A stretch of 64,000 nucleotides of DNA, taken from positions 992,001 through 1,056,000 of the forward strand of contig CM052825.1 of the NCBI GenBank assembly GCA_028534125.1, read 5' to 3'. This DNA comes from Lama glama. Taxonomy: Eukaryota. The notes under the pieces were generated by a model. It was not told where the DNA came from. It did not search any database and was given only the letters and a program-made list of their open reading frames with translations. Numbering within the stretch: the first letter of the stretch is position 1; every line of letters starts with the position of its first letter. Shown one piece after another: positions 48,001-59,780 of the stretch. The position numbers and the translations under genes are program-made.

Positions 48001-50759
48001 TGGCGGGCCACCTTTGCAGAGATGCAGGGGAGGTGATGAGGTTGGGGGTGGGGACCACATGGGAGGGGCAGGCGGGGCTGGGACGTGGACTGAGCTGAGG
48101 CCAGGAGGCCTGGGAGGTAGACGCACAACATGCTGCCCTTTGATGGCCCGAGGGGCCGCCCTGTCTGGGGCAGGAGGCGGGGCTCAGCCCTTCTCAAGTC
48201 AGATCCAGTCGGGACTCAGTAGGCACACAAAGCCAGCAGCTGCCCAGGCTGGGCAGTAGTGAGGTCCTTGACTCTGGGGGAAATCAAGTGCAGCCTGATG
48301 CCACTGGGCCAGGAGGCCTGAGTGAGAGAAGCAGAAAGGCCAGCAGCACAAGGGGTTCCATTTGTATCAGAGGTAATTGGCGGGGGGGACAGTGTCCTAG
48401 AAGGAAGGAGGAGACGGACTTCGGGGTCTCAGGATGGACTCAGTAGCCGCCCTGCCTCCCACACTGCCTGGTTCTTTAATCGAGGCCCAGGGCCTGGGCA
48501 GCAGGGTGGGGTTTGAGACTTGAGCTGTAGACCCCAGCCCCAGAGCCGGCACCCTGCCCCACAGAGGCACCGAACGGCGACCAGAGGCAGCTCTCAGGGC
48601 CAGTGTTCCCCGAGCCAGGAGAGATCAGGGTGGCTGTCAGGGAGGCCACCGCCTGGACTCCCATCCATATGCCTCTGACCCTCGGATCAGGCCAGAGGGA
48701 GGGCACGCAGCCAGGGAGGGGGGAGGCCCTGGCCTCCTTCCCGGAGGAAAGCCAACCGACCACTCCTCGCTGCAGACACCTCCTGGCCTGACCACCCTGC
48801 TCACGACTGGCTTCCCATCCTGGCGGGGGCTTGGAGTAAGTGGCCTGTCCTTGGGTGGGGGAAGGGTACCTGTGAGGGAGGGCAGCTGGCCCTGAAGCAG
48901 GAGGTGGGGCAGCCAGCTGGCAAGGTTGCTGGGGGGCGGGGGGCGGTGGCCTCTCTCCCCTGGGCTGGCCTGCCTGCCCCTCCCCTGGGACGCATCCCCC
49001 CCACTTCCATCAGGTCAGTTCAAAGCCCTGGGAGGGGCACTGGGGCTCTGGGGCACTGGTGCAGCCTCTCTCTTCAAGGTGCTCCCCTACGGGGAACCGT
49101 GACCCCAGCCCAGGTGACCAGTGTGCACAGGTACCTGGATGAGCCCAGGACACCTGTGCTGGGCCTGAGGGACAGAGGGCTGGGACAGGCCAGCCAAGGT
49201 GCAGGAGGGCACGCTGGGCAGAGGCGCCAGTGTGAGCACGGCCTGGAGGTGAGGGGGGCACACCTGCCGGAGGAGACGAACGCTGCACTGGGAATGGGCG
49301 TCCGTTCCCACCAGACCCGCCCTCCTGCCCGCGGGCTCCTGGACTGCCGGCTCCTGTGCCCAGGGCTTGGCTGCAGCGAGTTTCCCAGAGAGAAGGTCAG
49401 GCACCGGGGGGTCCCTGCCGGAGCAGGGCAGCAGCACCACGTGCTGAGGGCTCGCCTTTGAGGAAGGGCACATCCGTGGCTCAGTTCCAAAGTGCCTACT
49501 GTGAGCACCCGCTATGCCCAGTGACAGCGATCAGACCGGTCCTGCCCCCGAGGGGCTCACACGAGACGCTGGGAAGGACAGGAGCCTCTCTCAGCCGGGG
49601 TGCACTGTAGTTCAAGGCCATGGCCGCGTGTAGCCCTGACAACCCCTCCGTCTCGGGGCCTCTGGAGGCCCTGGGGACCCCACGGGGCCACAGGGCAATG
49701 GTAGCCCACCACCATTCTCTGCCATCCTTGTCCTCGATCTTTCCCTCCAAGAAGGGAATCCTGGTGGTTGAAAACATTTTCATGAAGTACAGTATCTCTC
49801 TGTCTGCTTCAAAGCTTACAACGGCCATCTCTGTCCTTTTCTGACCAAGGCCTGTTTGAGTCCTTTAGTTAGCAGTGGGACAAATCCCAGGGGAACAAGT
49901 GAATGGGTCTGGGGCGGCGGGCCCCCTGCTGCTCACACTTTGGGAGGGTAACCCCAGCCTTCAGAGCAGGAGGGGGCACACCCCCTTCCAGGCCGTGAGG
50001 AGGCGGCTTTCCCAGCCCCACCTCTGCAGCCCCGGGAGAGGCGGCCCCTCAGTTCCCGGAACATGGAAGCTCTGTGGACCCGACGCAGGTGTGAGGCCCC
50101 TTCCATCTGTCTGTCCGTCTGTTCTTCCTGCCCTCATCCCATCTGCAAACATGGTTGGTCACTGATGGTGGCCCTGGCCGGGCGCCGGGCGTCTGTCAGG
50201 GACACAGATCTGCTAGCTCAGGATCTCTGAGGGGCTCATGGGCCAGGACACCCTCACCATCACAATCCACATATCTGATGGTCAAGGTGGACAATTCCGG
50301 AAAAAAAAAAAAGAACAAAAAAGCAACATCATTGTCAGGTCTTCCTTTTACACACATGTACTTTTTCTTCGCAGAATTGGGATTGAATTTACTATGCAAT
50401 TTCTAACCTGTTGATTTCTCCACCTAACGTCGCTTCATGTGGTCTATCCCAGGTGCACGATGCCGACGAAGATGCGCATTCCTGCAGCCTCTGGCTTCCG
50501 AGGAGGCAACACCACCTCCAGTTTCCTCTGAAGCTTGTGCAGCTGAAAAGACAGCCCCGAGGAGCAGGTGGGTGGGGAAGGCAGGTGTGAACAGAGGTCA
50601 CACAGGTGGGCAGGTGCAGGGGCCAGAGCGGAAGCTGTGGGGGAGCAATGTGGTGTCCACTGGGAAAGGCTCTCTGCCTTCCTCAGACTGAGAAATGGGG
50701 CTAGCAGTGGTGCAGAACGGGTGTGCCCACCCCCAGGAGGGCGTGGAGAGGGCAGTGGT

Positions 50760-51352
50760 GCGCTGGAGGACTCAGTGCCACTTAGCAAAACAGAGCAGCC
50801 AACAGACACACACAGGACCAGGCACGAACTCAGAAAGCCCGTGCCGGGTGGAAGGAACCAGACGCGGGGAGGACACACTCTGCGATCCCAAGTCCATGAG
50901 ACTCGGAACAGAGTGAACCAACCTCCGGTGGAAAAGTCAGAACCAGGGTGGCCTCTGGGAGGGCCGGGGCACTGCGGGGACTTACAGAATGAATGTCCTG
51001 TATCTCAGCAGGGGTTTGGGCTGCAGAAATGCCGCCCGTCCCGGCATTAGATGCCTCCCCCCACAGTTCTACATCTCACTGTGTATCAGTTTAACTCAAG
51101 GGAATTTCAGACCCATCACAGGCACTGACCTCTAGCTCGTGCTGTGCGCGCTGCCTTCGCAGGGGTGAAGGGGCTGGACGCCTGCAGCTTACTTGGAAGG
51201 TGGCTGACTGATGCAGGGCTGGAGAGAGGGGATAAGGCACCCATAGCAAGATGTCAGTCATGGAGTCCACGTGCTAGGTATTTGGGTGTTCGCTATCAGA
51301 TTATTTTGATTCTTCTGTATGTATGAAAAATTTCAAGATTAAATGTGGAAAA
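50760..51352 (+). mobile_element. L1ME-type 3' end
   Basis: Ends 'ggtatttgggtgttcgctatcagattattttgattcttctgtatgtatgaaaaatttcaagattaaatgtggaaaa', typical of old L1ME termini. Confidence 0.7.
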
Positions 51353-51399
51353 CAATTTCTGACGCTGTAGACAAGCGGCTGGACCGTGGCAGCAGTTTA

Positions 51400-51560
51400 C
51401 TGACCCTGTGACCTTGGACTAGTTTCTCAGCCTCCTGGTGCCTCAGTGGCCTCACTGGAAAGTGGGCGTGGTGCTGGTATCAACCCCCGAGGCGTGAAAG
51501 AATTAACAAAGACCGAGTGCTTACACACAGTAGGCACAGGTGCACAGCAGGTGCTTCAAG
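51400..51560 (+). mobile_element. MIR SINE fragment
   Basis: 'ctgtgaccttggactagtttctcagcctcctggtgcctcagt...gtgcttacacacagtaggcacagg'. Confidence 0.65.
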
Positions 51561-51726
51561 AGTGTGCCCTTGTTGGCAGCATCCCGCTGTTGGTAACGCT
51601 TGGTTGTCAGGGCTGCCACGTGAGCTGCAGGCGCTCCGGGGGGCCGAGGGGCAGCAGGGGTCGGCACTGGGTTCAACAGAAAGGGGCCAGAAGCGCCAAA
51701 ACAATCTTGAAGAAGCACAGAGCAGC

Positions 51727-51850
51727 GGGGGAGGGCGCAGCTCAGCGGTAGAGAGCATGCTCAGCATGCACGCGGTCCTGGGTTCAATCCCCAGCACCTC
51801 CATTAAAATAAACAAATAAATAAGCCTAGTTACCCTCCCCCCTAAGAAAG
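51727..51850 (+). mobile_element. Camelid vic-1-type tRNA-derived SINE
   Basis: 'ggggagggcgcagctcagcggtagagagcatgctcagcatgcacgcggtcctgggttcaatccccagcacctccattaaaataaacaaataaataagcctagttaccctcccc': A and B boxes plus family tail. Confidence 0.9.
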
Positions 51851-51995
51851 AGAACCAAGCAGAGGGTCACACAGTTCCACTGTCAAACCTCCTACAGCCA
51901 TCGAGGCAGAGAGGTCCGCAGAAGGACGGGGCATACACCGGTGGGGTAGGACGGAGGCTGCAGAAGCAAGCCCACGCCCTGAGGGTCACTTTATT

Positions 51996-52083
51996 GTCAT
52001 TTGTCAGTGGAGGTGCTGGGGTTGAACCCAGGACCGTGTGCATGCTGAGCGTGTGCTCCACCACTGAGCTGCGCCCTCCCACC
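51996..52083 (-). mobile_element. vic-1-type SINE (short form) with target-site duplication
   Basis: Antisense tRNA-like head flanked by exact 12-bp direct repeats GGTCACTTTATT at 51984-51995 and 52086-52097. Confidence 0.9.
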
Positions 52084-53036
52084 GTGGTCACTTTATTTAC
52101 ACAAGGGAGCCAAGACCAGTGAGTGGAGAAAGAACAGTCTTTTCCACCAGTGGTGCTGGGACCGCTCGGGCCCAACAACACACGCCAAAGAGTGAAACTG
52201 GACCCCTATTTCATGCCGTATGAAAAGTGAACTCAATGGATCAAAGACCTAAATATAAAAGCTGAAACTATAAAACTCCTAGAGGGAAGCAGAGGAGTAC
52301 ACCTGCACCTTAGGCGAAGGCTTCGCAGGGACATCAAAAGCAGAAGCAACACAAAGGGAAAATGGGAATTCGTCGACGTTGAGAACTTTTGTGCTGCAAA
52401 CAATTCCAACAAGAAAGTGAAAAAACAACACACAGAACGGGAGAAAATATTTGCAAATTATAAACCTAATTAGGAACTTGTGTCTAGAATATACAAAGAA
52501 TGCTTACAACTCAATAATGAAAAGATAAATAGCCCGATTTAAAAATGCACAAAGGATCTGAATAAACATATCTCCAGAGAAGACACTCAAATGCGCAGGA
52601 AGCTCATGAAACGACGCTCAACATTTTTAGCCACTGGGAAATGTAAACCAAAACCACAGTGAGGACCACTGCTGCCCCCGGGATGGCTAGAATCAGACAG
52701 ACAGCTGGAAACAAGTGTTGGTGAGGACCCAGAGGGAGAGAAGCTCAGGCCACCGTGGAATGTGGAATGTACCCACTCTGGAAACAGGCTGGGAATTCTT
52801 TTAAAATGTTGACCGTGGGGTTACCATGTGAGCCAGCAACTCCAGTCCTAGGTGCGTACCCAGGAGAAATGAAAGCGCGTGTTCACGTGAAAACGCCTGT
52901 TTCCCCAAAGTGGAAGCAACCCAGATGTCCATCAACGGATGAGTGGACAATGAGTGTGAGCCACCCGCACAAAGGAATGTTATTAGACAGTTAGCAGGAA
53001 CGAGCAGTGATCCCCGCTCTCAGAAGCACAGCGCTC

Positions 53037-53213
53037 GGGGGAGGGCGCAGCCCGAGCGGTAGAGCTCATGCTTACGCACGGGAGGTCCTGGATCCAGCCC
53101 CCTCAGTATCCCCCTCCAAGAAAAATAAATAATCTAAAGCTCTTGTTTCACCAAGGCCCTCTCAGGACAATGTTTAAAACAAACAAAACAAAACAAAACC
53201 AAAAAACCAAAAA
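53037..53213 (+). mobile_element. vic-1-type SINE with A-rich tail
   Basis: 'ggggagggcgcagcccgagcggtagagctcatgcttacgcacgggaggtcctgg', (CAAAA)n tail, degenerate TSD at 53019-53035 and 53214-53231. Confidence 0.8.
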
Positions 53214-53729
53214 CTCAAAAACCATAGAGCTGAGCAAAATAAGCCAGTCACAAAAGACCCCGAAGCCAGTGATTCCACTGATTTAAAATATCCCAAGTGT
53301 CAAATCCATACAGAGAGAAAGTGGGTTAGTGTTGCCTAGAGTACGGGGTGGTGGTGGAGAATGGGGGGTGATTGCTAATGGCTACTGGGGTTTCCTTTTG
53401 GGGTGAAAAATGTTCTAAATTCGTGGTGTTGGTCACACAACTCTGTGGATATACTAAAAATCACTGTATTGTCCACTTGAAATGGGTGAATTGTATGGTA
53501 TACAAATCTGACCTCAATAAAGCTGTTAAAACAAAAGGTAGCCTTGAGTTCAAGTCATGGCTCGGCTCTCTGGGGATTCCGCAGTCAAAAGTGTCGCCCG
53601 CGAAGCCCAGTCTGATGTGAACAAGGGGGCTGAGAGACCTGCCTTGCTGGGTCCCGTGGGGACCAGAGGAGATGACAGATACGGAACAATTTTTCATTGT
53701 AACTTCTGTGTGCAAATTTATTACAAAAG

Positions 53730-54620
53730 GAAACGTATGCACATTGTACAACATTCAAATGGCAGATGTGGGTACACAGTGGAAGGTCTCCTTTCTGGGG
53801 CAATGGAGATGTGCATTATCTTGACTAGGGTGGTGGTTCCACAGATGTATACGTCTGTCAACTCACAGACCTGTACCCTTAAGAAGGGTGTATTTCACTG
53901 TCAATACATAATACGTGAAAACATATCTTTAAGTAAGTCCCTCCTCTCTGCCCTCTCTGTGTCCCCCAGCTCTCCAATTTGCCTACAGGTTTGCACATAA
54001 TAGCAAATAAAACGTCATCTCGCTGTACCCTTTTGGTGCACAGATGCAAGGAGAAAAAGTACTACATGCAGTGTTCTGCTCCTTGTTTTTTTCCCCTACA
54101 GACCATCCTTGGAGACGGACTCAGAGCAGTCTGCGCTCACCTGGCAGCACGCACGTCTGTGAGGACGCACCGCAGGCCTCCCGGCGCGCCGCCGCCGGCT
54201 GGCACTTAGGGCGCTCCCAATCTGCTGCTGTTACACAGAGTACTCCAGTGAATAACCTTGTATGCGGTGATATATCATTTTTCACATTTGCGAGCAGTCT
54301 CTGGAGGACAGATTCCTAGAAGTAAATGCTGGGCCAAAGGGTACATGTATTTGGAATTTGGGCATTGTTTCAGAGGTTCCAAGACTGTCTGCTTCCCACA
54401 CCATTGCAACGCGGTGGGTCATTAAGTTTTACTCTTTGCCTATCTGATGAACAAAAATACCACCTCTCAGAGTGGTTTTAATTTGCGTTTCTGTTGTGCA
54501 GGGTGAGACTGGCACTTTTTTGTAGATGTGTTTTTATTTCCTTTTCTGCTCTCTGCCTACCCCACCTCCTTGGGTATTTTTTTTATTGATTTGTAAGAGC
54601 TCTTTACATATGAGACATTG
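53730..54620. mobile_element. Old L1ME fragments (sense about 53730-53920, antisense about 53980-54620)
   Basis: 'ttctggggcaatggagatgtgcattatcttgactagggtggtggtt' (sense 3'UTR) and 'gattcctagaagtaaatgctgggccaaagggtacatgtattt...gtggttttaatttgcgtttct' (antisense). Confidence 0.65.
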
Positions 54621-56229
54621 ACACTTTGCATGGGGTATAAATTTTTATGGCTTTGGGGTTTTTTGGTGTTTGTTGTTACTATGAAGTTCTGGGCACAGGA
54701 AGAGACTGTCTCCATTTTTCTCCGGGTACCATCTCTTGGGCTCTTCTCCCCCACATTAATCCCAGCCACTTGTGTCCTTTCCTCTTTCCATGTGCACCCT
54801 CAGGTTACCTGCCTGGGTCAGTCACTGCCAACCAGGCCATCCTTAGAGGAGAGAGGAGCCAGCACGGGGTGCAGAGACACGTGAGAGTCCTCATTTATTT
54901 GGAAACTGCGCTGGGCAACCGCTTCCGTGCTGGTCCAGCGGGAAGAGCAGGGATTCAGACGTGAGTCAGACTGTCCTGCTCCCCTGAGGTCGCAGTCTGG
55001 AAGAGCCGATGTGGACAGTACTTGGCTGGGGGTCCCAGGGTATCTGGGGCATAGGCAGCTGGGCGAGGGGGCAGCCCTGCAGCCCCAGGCCTGAGCAGCT
55101 CACTGCCCAGCTTGCCTCTCCGCAAACAGCTCTGGGGTGAGTCCTGATATGGTGGTGGTTTGTTATGATAAAAACAAGGATCTTGCAGCCCCAGTTCCTG
55201 TGGAGTGAGAGTCCTGGTCTCCCTGTGAGGTGGGCGATGTTAATAGGACTCATTTCTGGGGTGGCGTGGCTGTGAGGATGAATTGAATTGATGCAAGCAG
55301 CAAGCACATGCTTTGACACATGGAGGTAACTGTTAAAATTCCATATGGGTGTGCACGTGTGCGTGTGAGAGAGACGGCTAGGTGTGGGCTTGGAGTGCAT
55401 TTGATTTGAGGTGTTTGGAACAGGATGCCCTTACAACTAACTGGCTATACCAGCTAATTGGTGTAGCCAGGCTTCAGTGAGGGTGGGAGGAATATTCCGT
55501 GTTCCTGCCCAGATAACTCAGTGTGGGGGGATGGGCAGGTGGGGTGAGATTAGGGCTGTGTGTAGACATACAGTGTGTGGGTGTAATGTGTGTGTCTACA
55601 ACAGGCTGCGTGGGGGTTTGCAGGAGGAGATGGGAGCCTGGGGGGGAGGGGAGAGCAAGATCTTGCCTCGCAGCAGACACACCAGGGAGAGAGAGCTTTG
55701 GCTTTATTTAGCCCAGAGAAGACCGGCCTTCCTCCGCCTCCTCCCTCCAGGTCTGCCCTGGGGTCTCCCATTCCCAGCTTGAGGGGTGTCCAGCCTTTCT
55801 GGCAGCCAGGCTGTGCCCTCACAGAACAAACAAGGACATATTTCAACAGCTCAAGGAGCTGGAACCGGAAAGGCCTCGATATGCGGCAGGAGAGCCCCTC
55901 TCAGGGAACCAGGCCAGGGACTTGCAAGGCCGTGGCCAGTTGGGGAGAGAGAAGGTGGGAACAGGGGTGGCGTGCCGGCCTAGCCTGCAGAGAGGCAGGG
56001 CACCTCCATTAGGGATGTAGGCAAGAGAGACCCTCAAGGCCAGCCGCTGCCCCCACCTCCTGTTCCCAGGAAGTCTGAGTGCCCCTGCTCATGGACCCAA
56101 GGACGGAACAGCCCGAAGACAGGGCTCCCGTCCTTGACCATCATCCTCCGGGTGCAAGAGTCCAGGCGAAAGGTGGTGGCACATCCTCTACCCTGGCCCC
56201 CTCTGGGGTCTCGGCTCTCCTGCAGGGAC

Positions 56230-58450
56230 ATCTGGCGGAGGCGCGGGGTGGCGTTGGGAGGAGCTGGAGGGCGGGCAGCTGGCGCCGCAGGCTGGACGGA
56301 GTTACGGGCTGCGGACAGGCCGCTAGACCGGACCCTGAACCACAGCCCCGTGCGCCCATCCTCCGTCGCCGCCGCATCAGCCTTTGGCCCACTGCTCGCT
56401 GCCTCCCGCCGGTCCTGGGGCCTCCTCCGGGAGAGGCGCCCCTCACCCTCCAGTCGCCCCCTCCCTTTTGCAGCGCGCGCTTGCCGGCGCACAGGTCGAT
56501 CCTGCCGCCTCTCTCTCCCTTCGCAGGTCGGGGCACGACGCCGGGCAGAGGCGCAGCGCAGGGGGCGGCGTCCGGAGGGTCGCTTCCCGCGCCCGCGGGG
56601 GTCTTGGCTCCGCAGCTCCAGCTCGGCCGCTTGGGAAGCGGCGCCCACGTCGTGCCGGGCGGGGGCGCTCTTGAGCCTGGTTTGGAATTTTCACCCAACG
56701 CGCAAGCCGCAGGCTGGGCAGCAGCGGTGGGAAGTGGGAGCCGCCCCGGGAGGCGGTGTGGCCGCTGGGTGCGGGCTCGGGGCGACGAGGGGGCTGCGGA
56801 CCTAGAACCCAGTCTAAAGGCCGACCGAGCGACTTCGAACACCCAGAGATTCGGAAGGCGAATGAAGGGGAAGGGGGATGGGTCGGAGGAAAATCCGCTA
56901 AATCGAACCTTCCGAGAATCAGAAGGAACCTGGCTGATCTCACCCGCCTCCTCCACTACCCCCAGCTGAAAGCCGGGGCGGGGGAGCAATGGATGTGTTA
57001 GTTGGGGGTCAACGATCCGGAGGAGAGCAAGTCCTTGAGGATGCGACCACCCTTTCGCCCCCACCCCCGCACGTGCCGGGCCCTCCCCATCCCGGAAACG
57101 CGCGCCCCTGCGGGCTTTGCAATTGCACTCGCGGACGCGCGCTCCCACACAGGGTCTGACTTCGGGTCAACTTTCACACGGTTCCTCGGGTGTGTGTGCA
57201 CACGGCCATGCCCGCACGCGCGTGCACATCCCCGCCCCAGGTTCGCACCTCCCAATGCCACCAAGTGTCCCGACTCCTAGATCTTTGGGGGCTTCTGCTC
57301 GAACAGTGGCCTGGGGCGGGGGCAGGGACGCGCAGGGCGAACCAGAAGGAGGGGGCTAGGATGCCTCTGGGCTCCCCAAGCCGCCCCCACAGCATGTTCC
57401 AACTTCCCCTCCCTCGTCACCCTCCGGACACCCCCAGTCCACCGACGTGCGGGAGCGACACTGCCGCCCGCCCCTCCGGCCGCCCCCGCCCGCCTCCCCC
57501 GCCCCTCCTCCAGCCCTCCCCGCTCTGGCTCCTACACGAAACCTTCGATCACGCTCAGAAAGAATGTGCTACAATCTCGGCGCGGCCGCGGCCGCCGCCA
57601 CCGCGCCCGCGCCGGAGCCGGAGCCGGAGCCCGAGCCGCCGCTCCCCCGCCTGCCCGGCCGGCCCTGGGCTCACAGCGCGCGGTCCCCACCGCCGCCCCG
57701 CGTTCGCCCCGCGCTTGACGCAGTGAGCGCCGCAGCCCGGCTCCCAGCGGCTCCGCTCCGCTCCCCGTCGCAGGCCGAGCCCAGCCCGGCGGGCTCCGGG
57801 AGGGGCGGGCAGGGCGCGAGGGGGAGGAGATCTGTCTGGAGCCAGCGAGGCCGGAGGAGGAAGAGCAGGAGAAAGGAGGGGAAGCCGCCGCCGCCGCCGC
57901 CGCTCTCCGGGGACCTGGGCGCGCGCGCTCCGCTCGCCCGTGACCGTGCTTCCAGCCCGGGCCCGCACTCCGGCCCAGGTAGGAAGGGGCTTGTGGGGGA
58001 GGGGGCTGCGCGGGGGCTGAGGGGCGGGGGTCTCCTCTACCGCAGCTGCGCGGCCAGCGGGTCCCCGCCCCTGGGGAGGTAGGGAAGATGCTCTCCCGGG
58101 CGGTGGGGGCGGGCGCGAGGTCCCAGCGGCTCTCACAGCCCGGGCGGCTCCAGTCCCGGGGCCGCTCCAGTCCCCGCGCCCTGCCCTGAGCGTCCACGCC
58201 AGGGCTGAGCCCCTCCGCCCGTAGGGCTTTGGCTGTGGCGCGTTGGGTTCGCGGTTCCTGGGCGCCTCCCCCCACCTCGGGTTCCGAGGCGGGCGCACCC
58301 GAAGTTAGCAGTCGCCGAGCTCCGGCCGGACAAACTTCCCTCCCCTACGCCGCGGCCCGAAGGCCCGGGACTCCGGACCCCTTGGGCTAGGCGGCGCCGC
58401 GGGGACCCCGAAACTTTCCTGAGCGCTGTGAGCACGAAGGGCGGAATAGG
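56230..58450. promoter_or_regulatory. CpG island / distal promoter
   Basis: Very high GC and CpG density, GC boxes (e.g. ggggcggggg near 57313), no recognisable interspersed repeats. Confidence 0.9.
57540..57978 (+). other. Putative first exon 1a (probably 5' UTR); start approximate
   Basis: GCC/GGAGCC-rich UTR-like sequence in the island core ending at donor CAG|GTAGGA (GT at 57979-57980). No upstream polypyrimidine acceptor evident. Confidence 0.55.
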
Positions 58451-58999
58451 CAGGGAGAGTGGGAGGCGGTGGTCCTGCCTGTGAGTGAACAGTGGTAGCC
58501 TCGCGCCCCAAGCTGACGGGGAGACAGCCCCCCATCTGGTACCCTATCTTGTAGTCCAGCGTGGGCAGGGAGTGGACTATGGGGGTCTAGCCTTCGTACA
58601 GCGGTGGTGGGGAGGTGGGGGGTGAGCACTGCTCTGCCCTGCTCTGCTGGAGCCCTTGGAGGGGGTGTTACAGCCCCCCCCCAATCTGGCCGCCTGGCTC
58701 TGCCCGCTGCTGCCAAGCTCGCGGGAAGGGCCGGGCTCCAGGCTATTAATAGGCGCCTGTGACCCGAACCTCTCTGCCCGGGAAGCTGGGCTTGGCTGTG
58801 GGGTGTGGCGCGACCCCAGGCCCGGAGCCGGCCCCCTCCCCAGCTCTCATGATCCTCATCCTGTCGCCCCTCCTTCCACGCCCCCTGCTCCTCGTCCACT
58901 CTTTCCTCTCAGGTCTCTGGGTGTCGCCCCTCAACTTTTTCTCTTCTCAAACTGTGCGGTGTGGCCTGTGGCTGCCGAGGCCAGCGGGATTCCAGCACA

Positions 59000-59780
59000 G
59001 TCCCCAGCCGAGTCCTCCTCCCTGGGTGGGAGTGGGGTCCCTGGGGCCAGACTGCCGGCTGTGAGCGGGAATTTCCTTCCAATCTCACACGGACGCGCAG
59101 CCCATTCACCCAACCCGCGCGCGAGTCGCCACCGGGTCTGAACGGCGGGGGTAGTGCGGTGGTCGCTTATGGGCCGCCTACAGGTAATGGAGAGTAGAGG
59201 GGAGCACGAAGCTCCTGAGAGGATTTTGGGGTGTAGATACAGCCGCACGTGCAGGGAGGAGGCAGTGCCCTGGTGGCTCCCTCTTCCAGCATCGCCTTCG
59301 TGCAACCCCCCAAGGCCCCGGAGGTTTCCGTTTGCTCCCACCACCTCATGCACCCCACACTCAGATCCGAGCTTGAGTGGATTTGAGGATTTGGGGGACG
59401 GGGGCTACCGGGTACTTGTTCCCGTTTCCCGGTCTGCAGAACCCAGCCCCCAGGCAGCTCGGGGGTCTTTGTCCCAAGGGCTGGCCTCCGGCCCCGCCCC
59501 CTCCGTCAACTCCGGGACCCCGAGGGCCTCCAGAGCTCGGGCGCTGTGCTCCAGTGGTCCCAGAGCCTTGGTGAGCTGGGAGCCGCATCCTTTCCCTGGC
59601 TCTGGGTCTGGGGGTGGGGCAGGGGGCGTGGAGCGCAGTACTGGGTCCCTGACAGACGTCCTCGCGGCGGCGCTGGCATCTCTAGCAGAATTAATGACTT
59701 CCACGCAGGCCGCCAGGCGGCGCGGCCACGGGGGAGGGGCGACCCAGCCGAGCCTCAGGAGATGAGGTCGCAGCCCCACT
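59000..59780. promoter_or_regulatory. Weaker CpG-rich segment between the two main islands
   Basis: Clusters such as 'cccgcgcgcgagtcgccaccgg' and 'cgccaggcggcgcggccacgg'. Confidence 0.5.

Larger units (their letters stand above)
51670..53530 (+). mobile_element. L1M element (ORF2 3' part to 3' end) hosting three SINE insertions
   Basis: 'gccaaaacaatcttgaagaag', 'aatggatcaaagacctaaatataaaagctgaaactataaaactcctaga', 'gggagaaaatatttgcaaat', terminus 'tacaaatctgacctcaataaagctgttaaaa'. Confidence 0.92.

Noticed and set aside
51727-51802. Possible tRNA-Ala gene (also 6.8, 52.0 and 53.0 kb)
   Set aside because: The copies have SINE tails or TSDs and degenerate stems, and three sit inside an L1. They are retroposed SINE heads.
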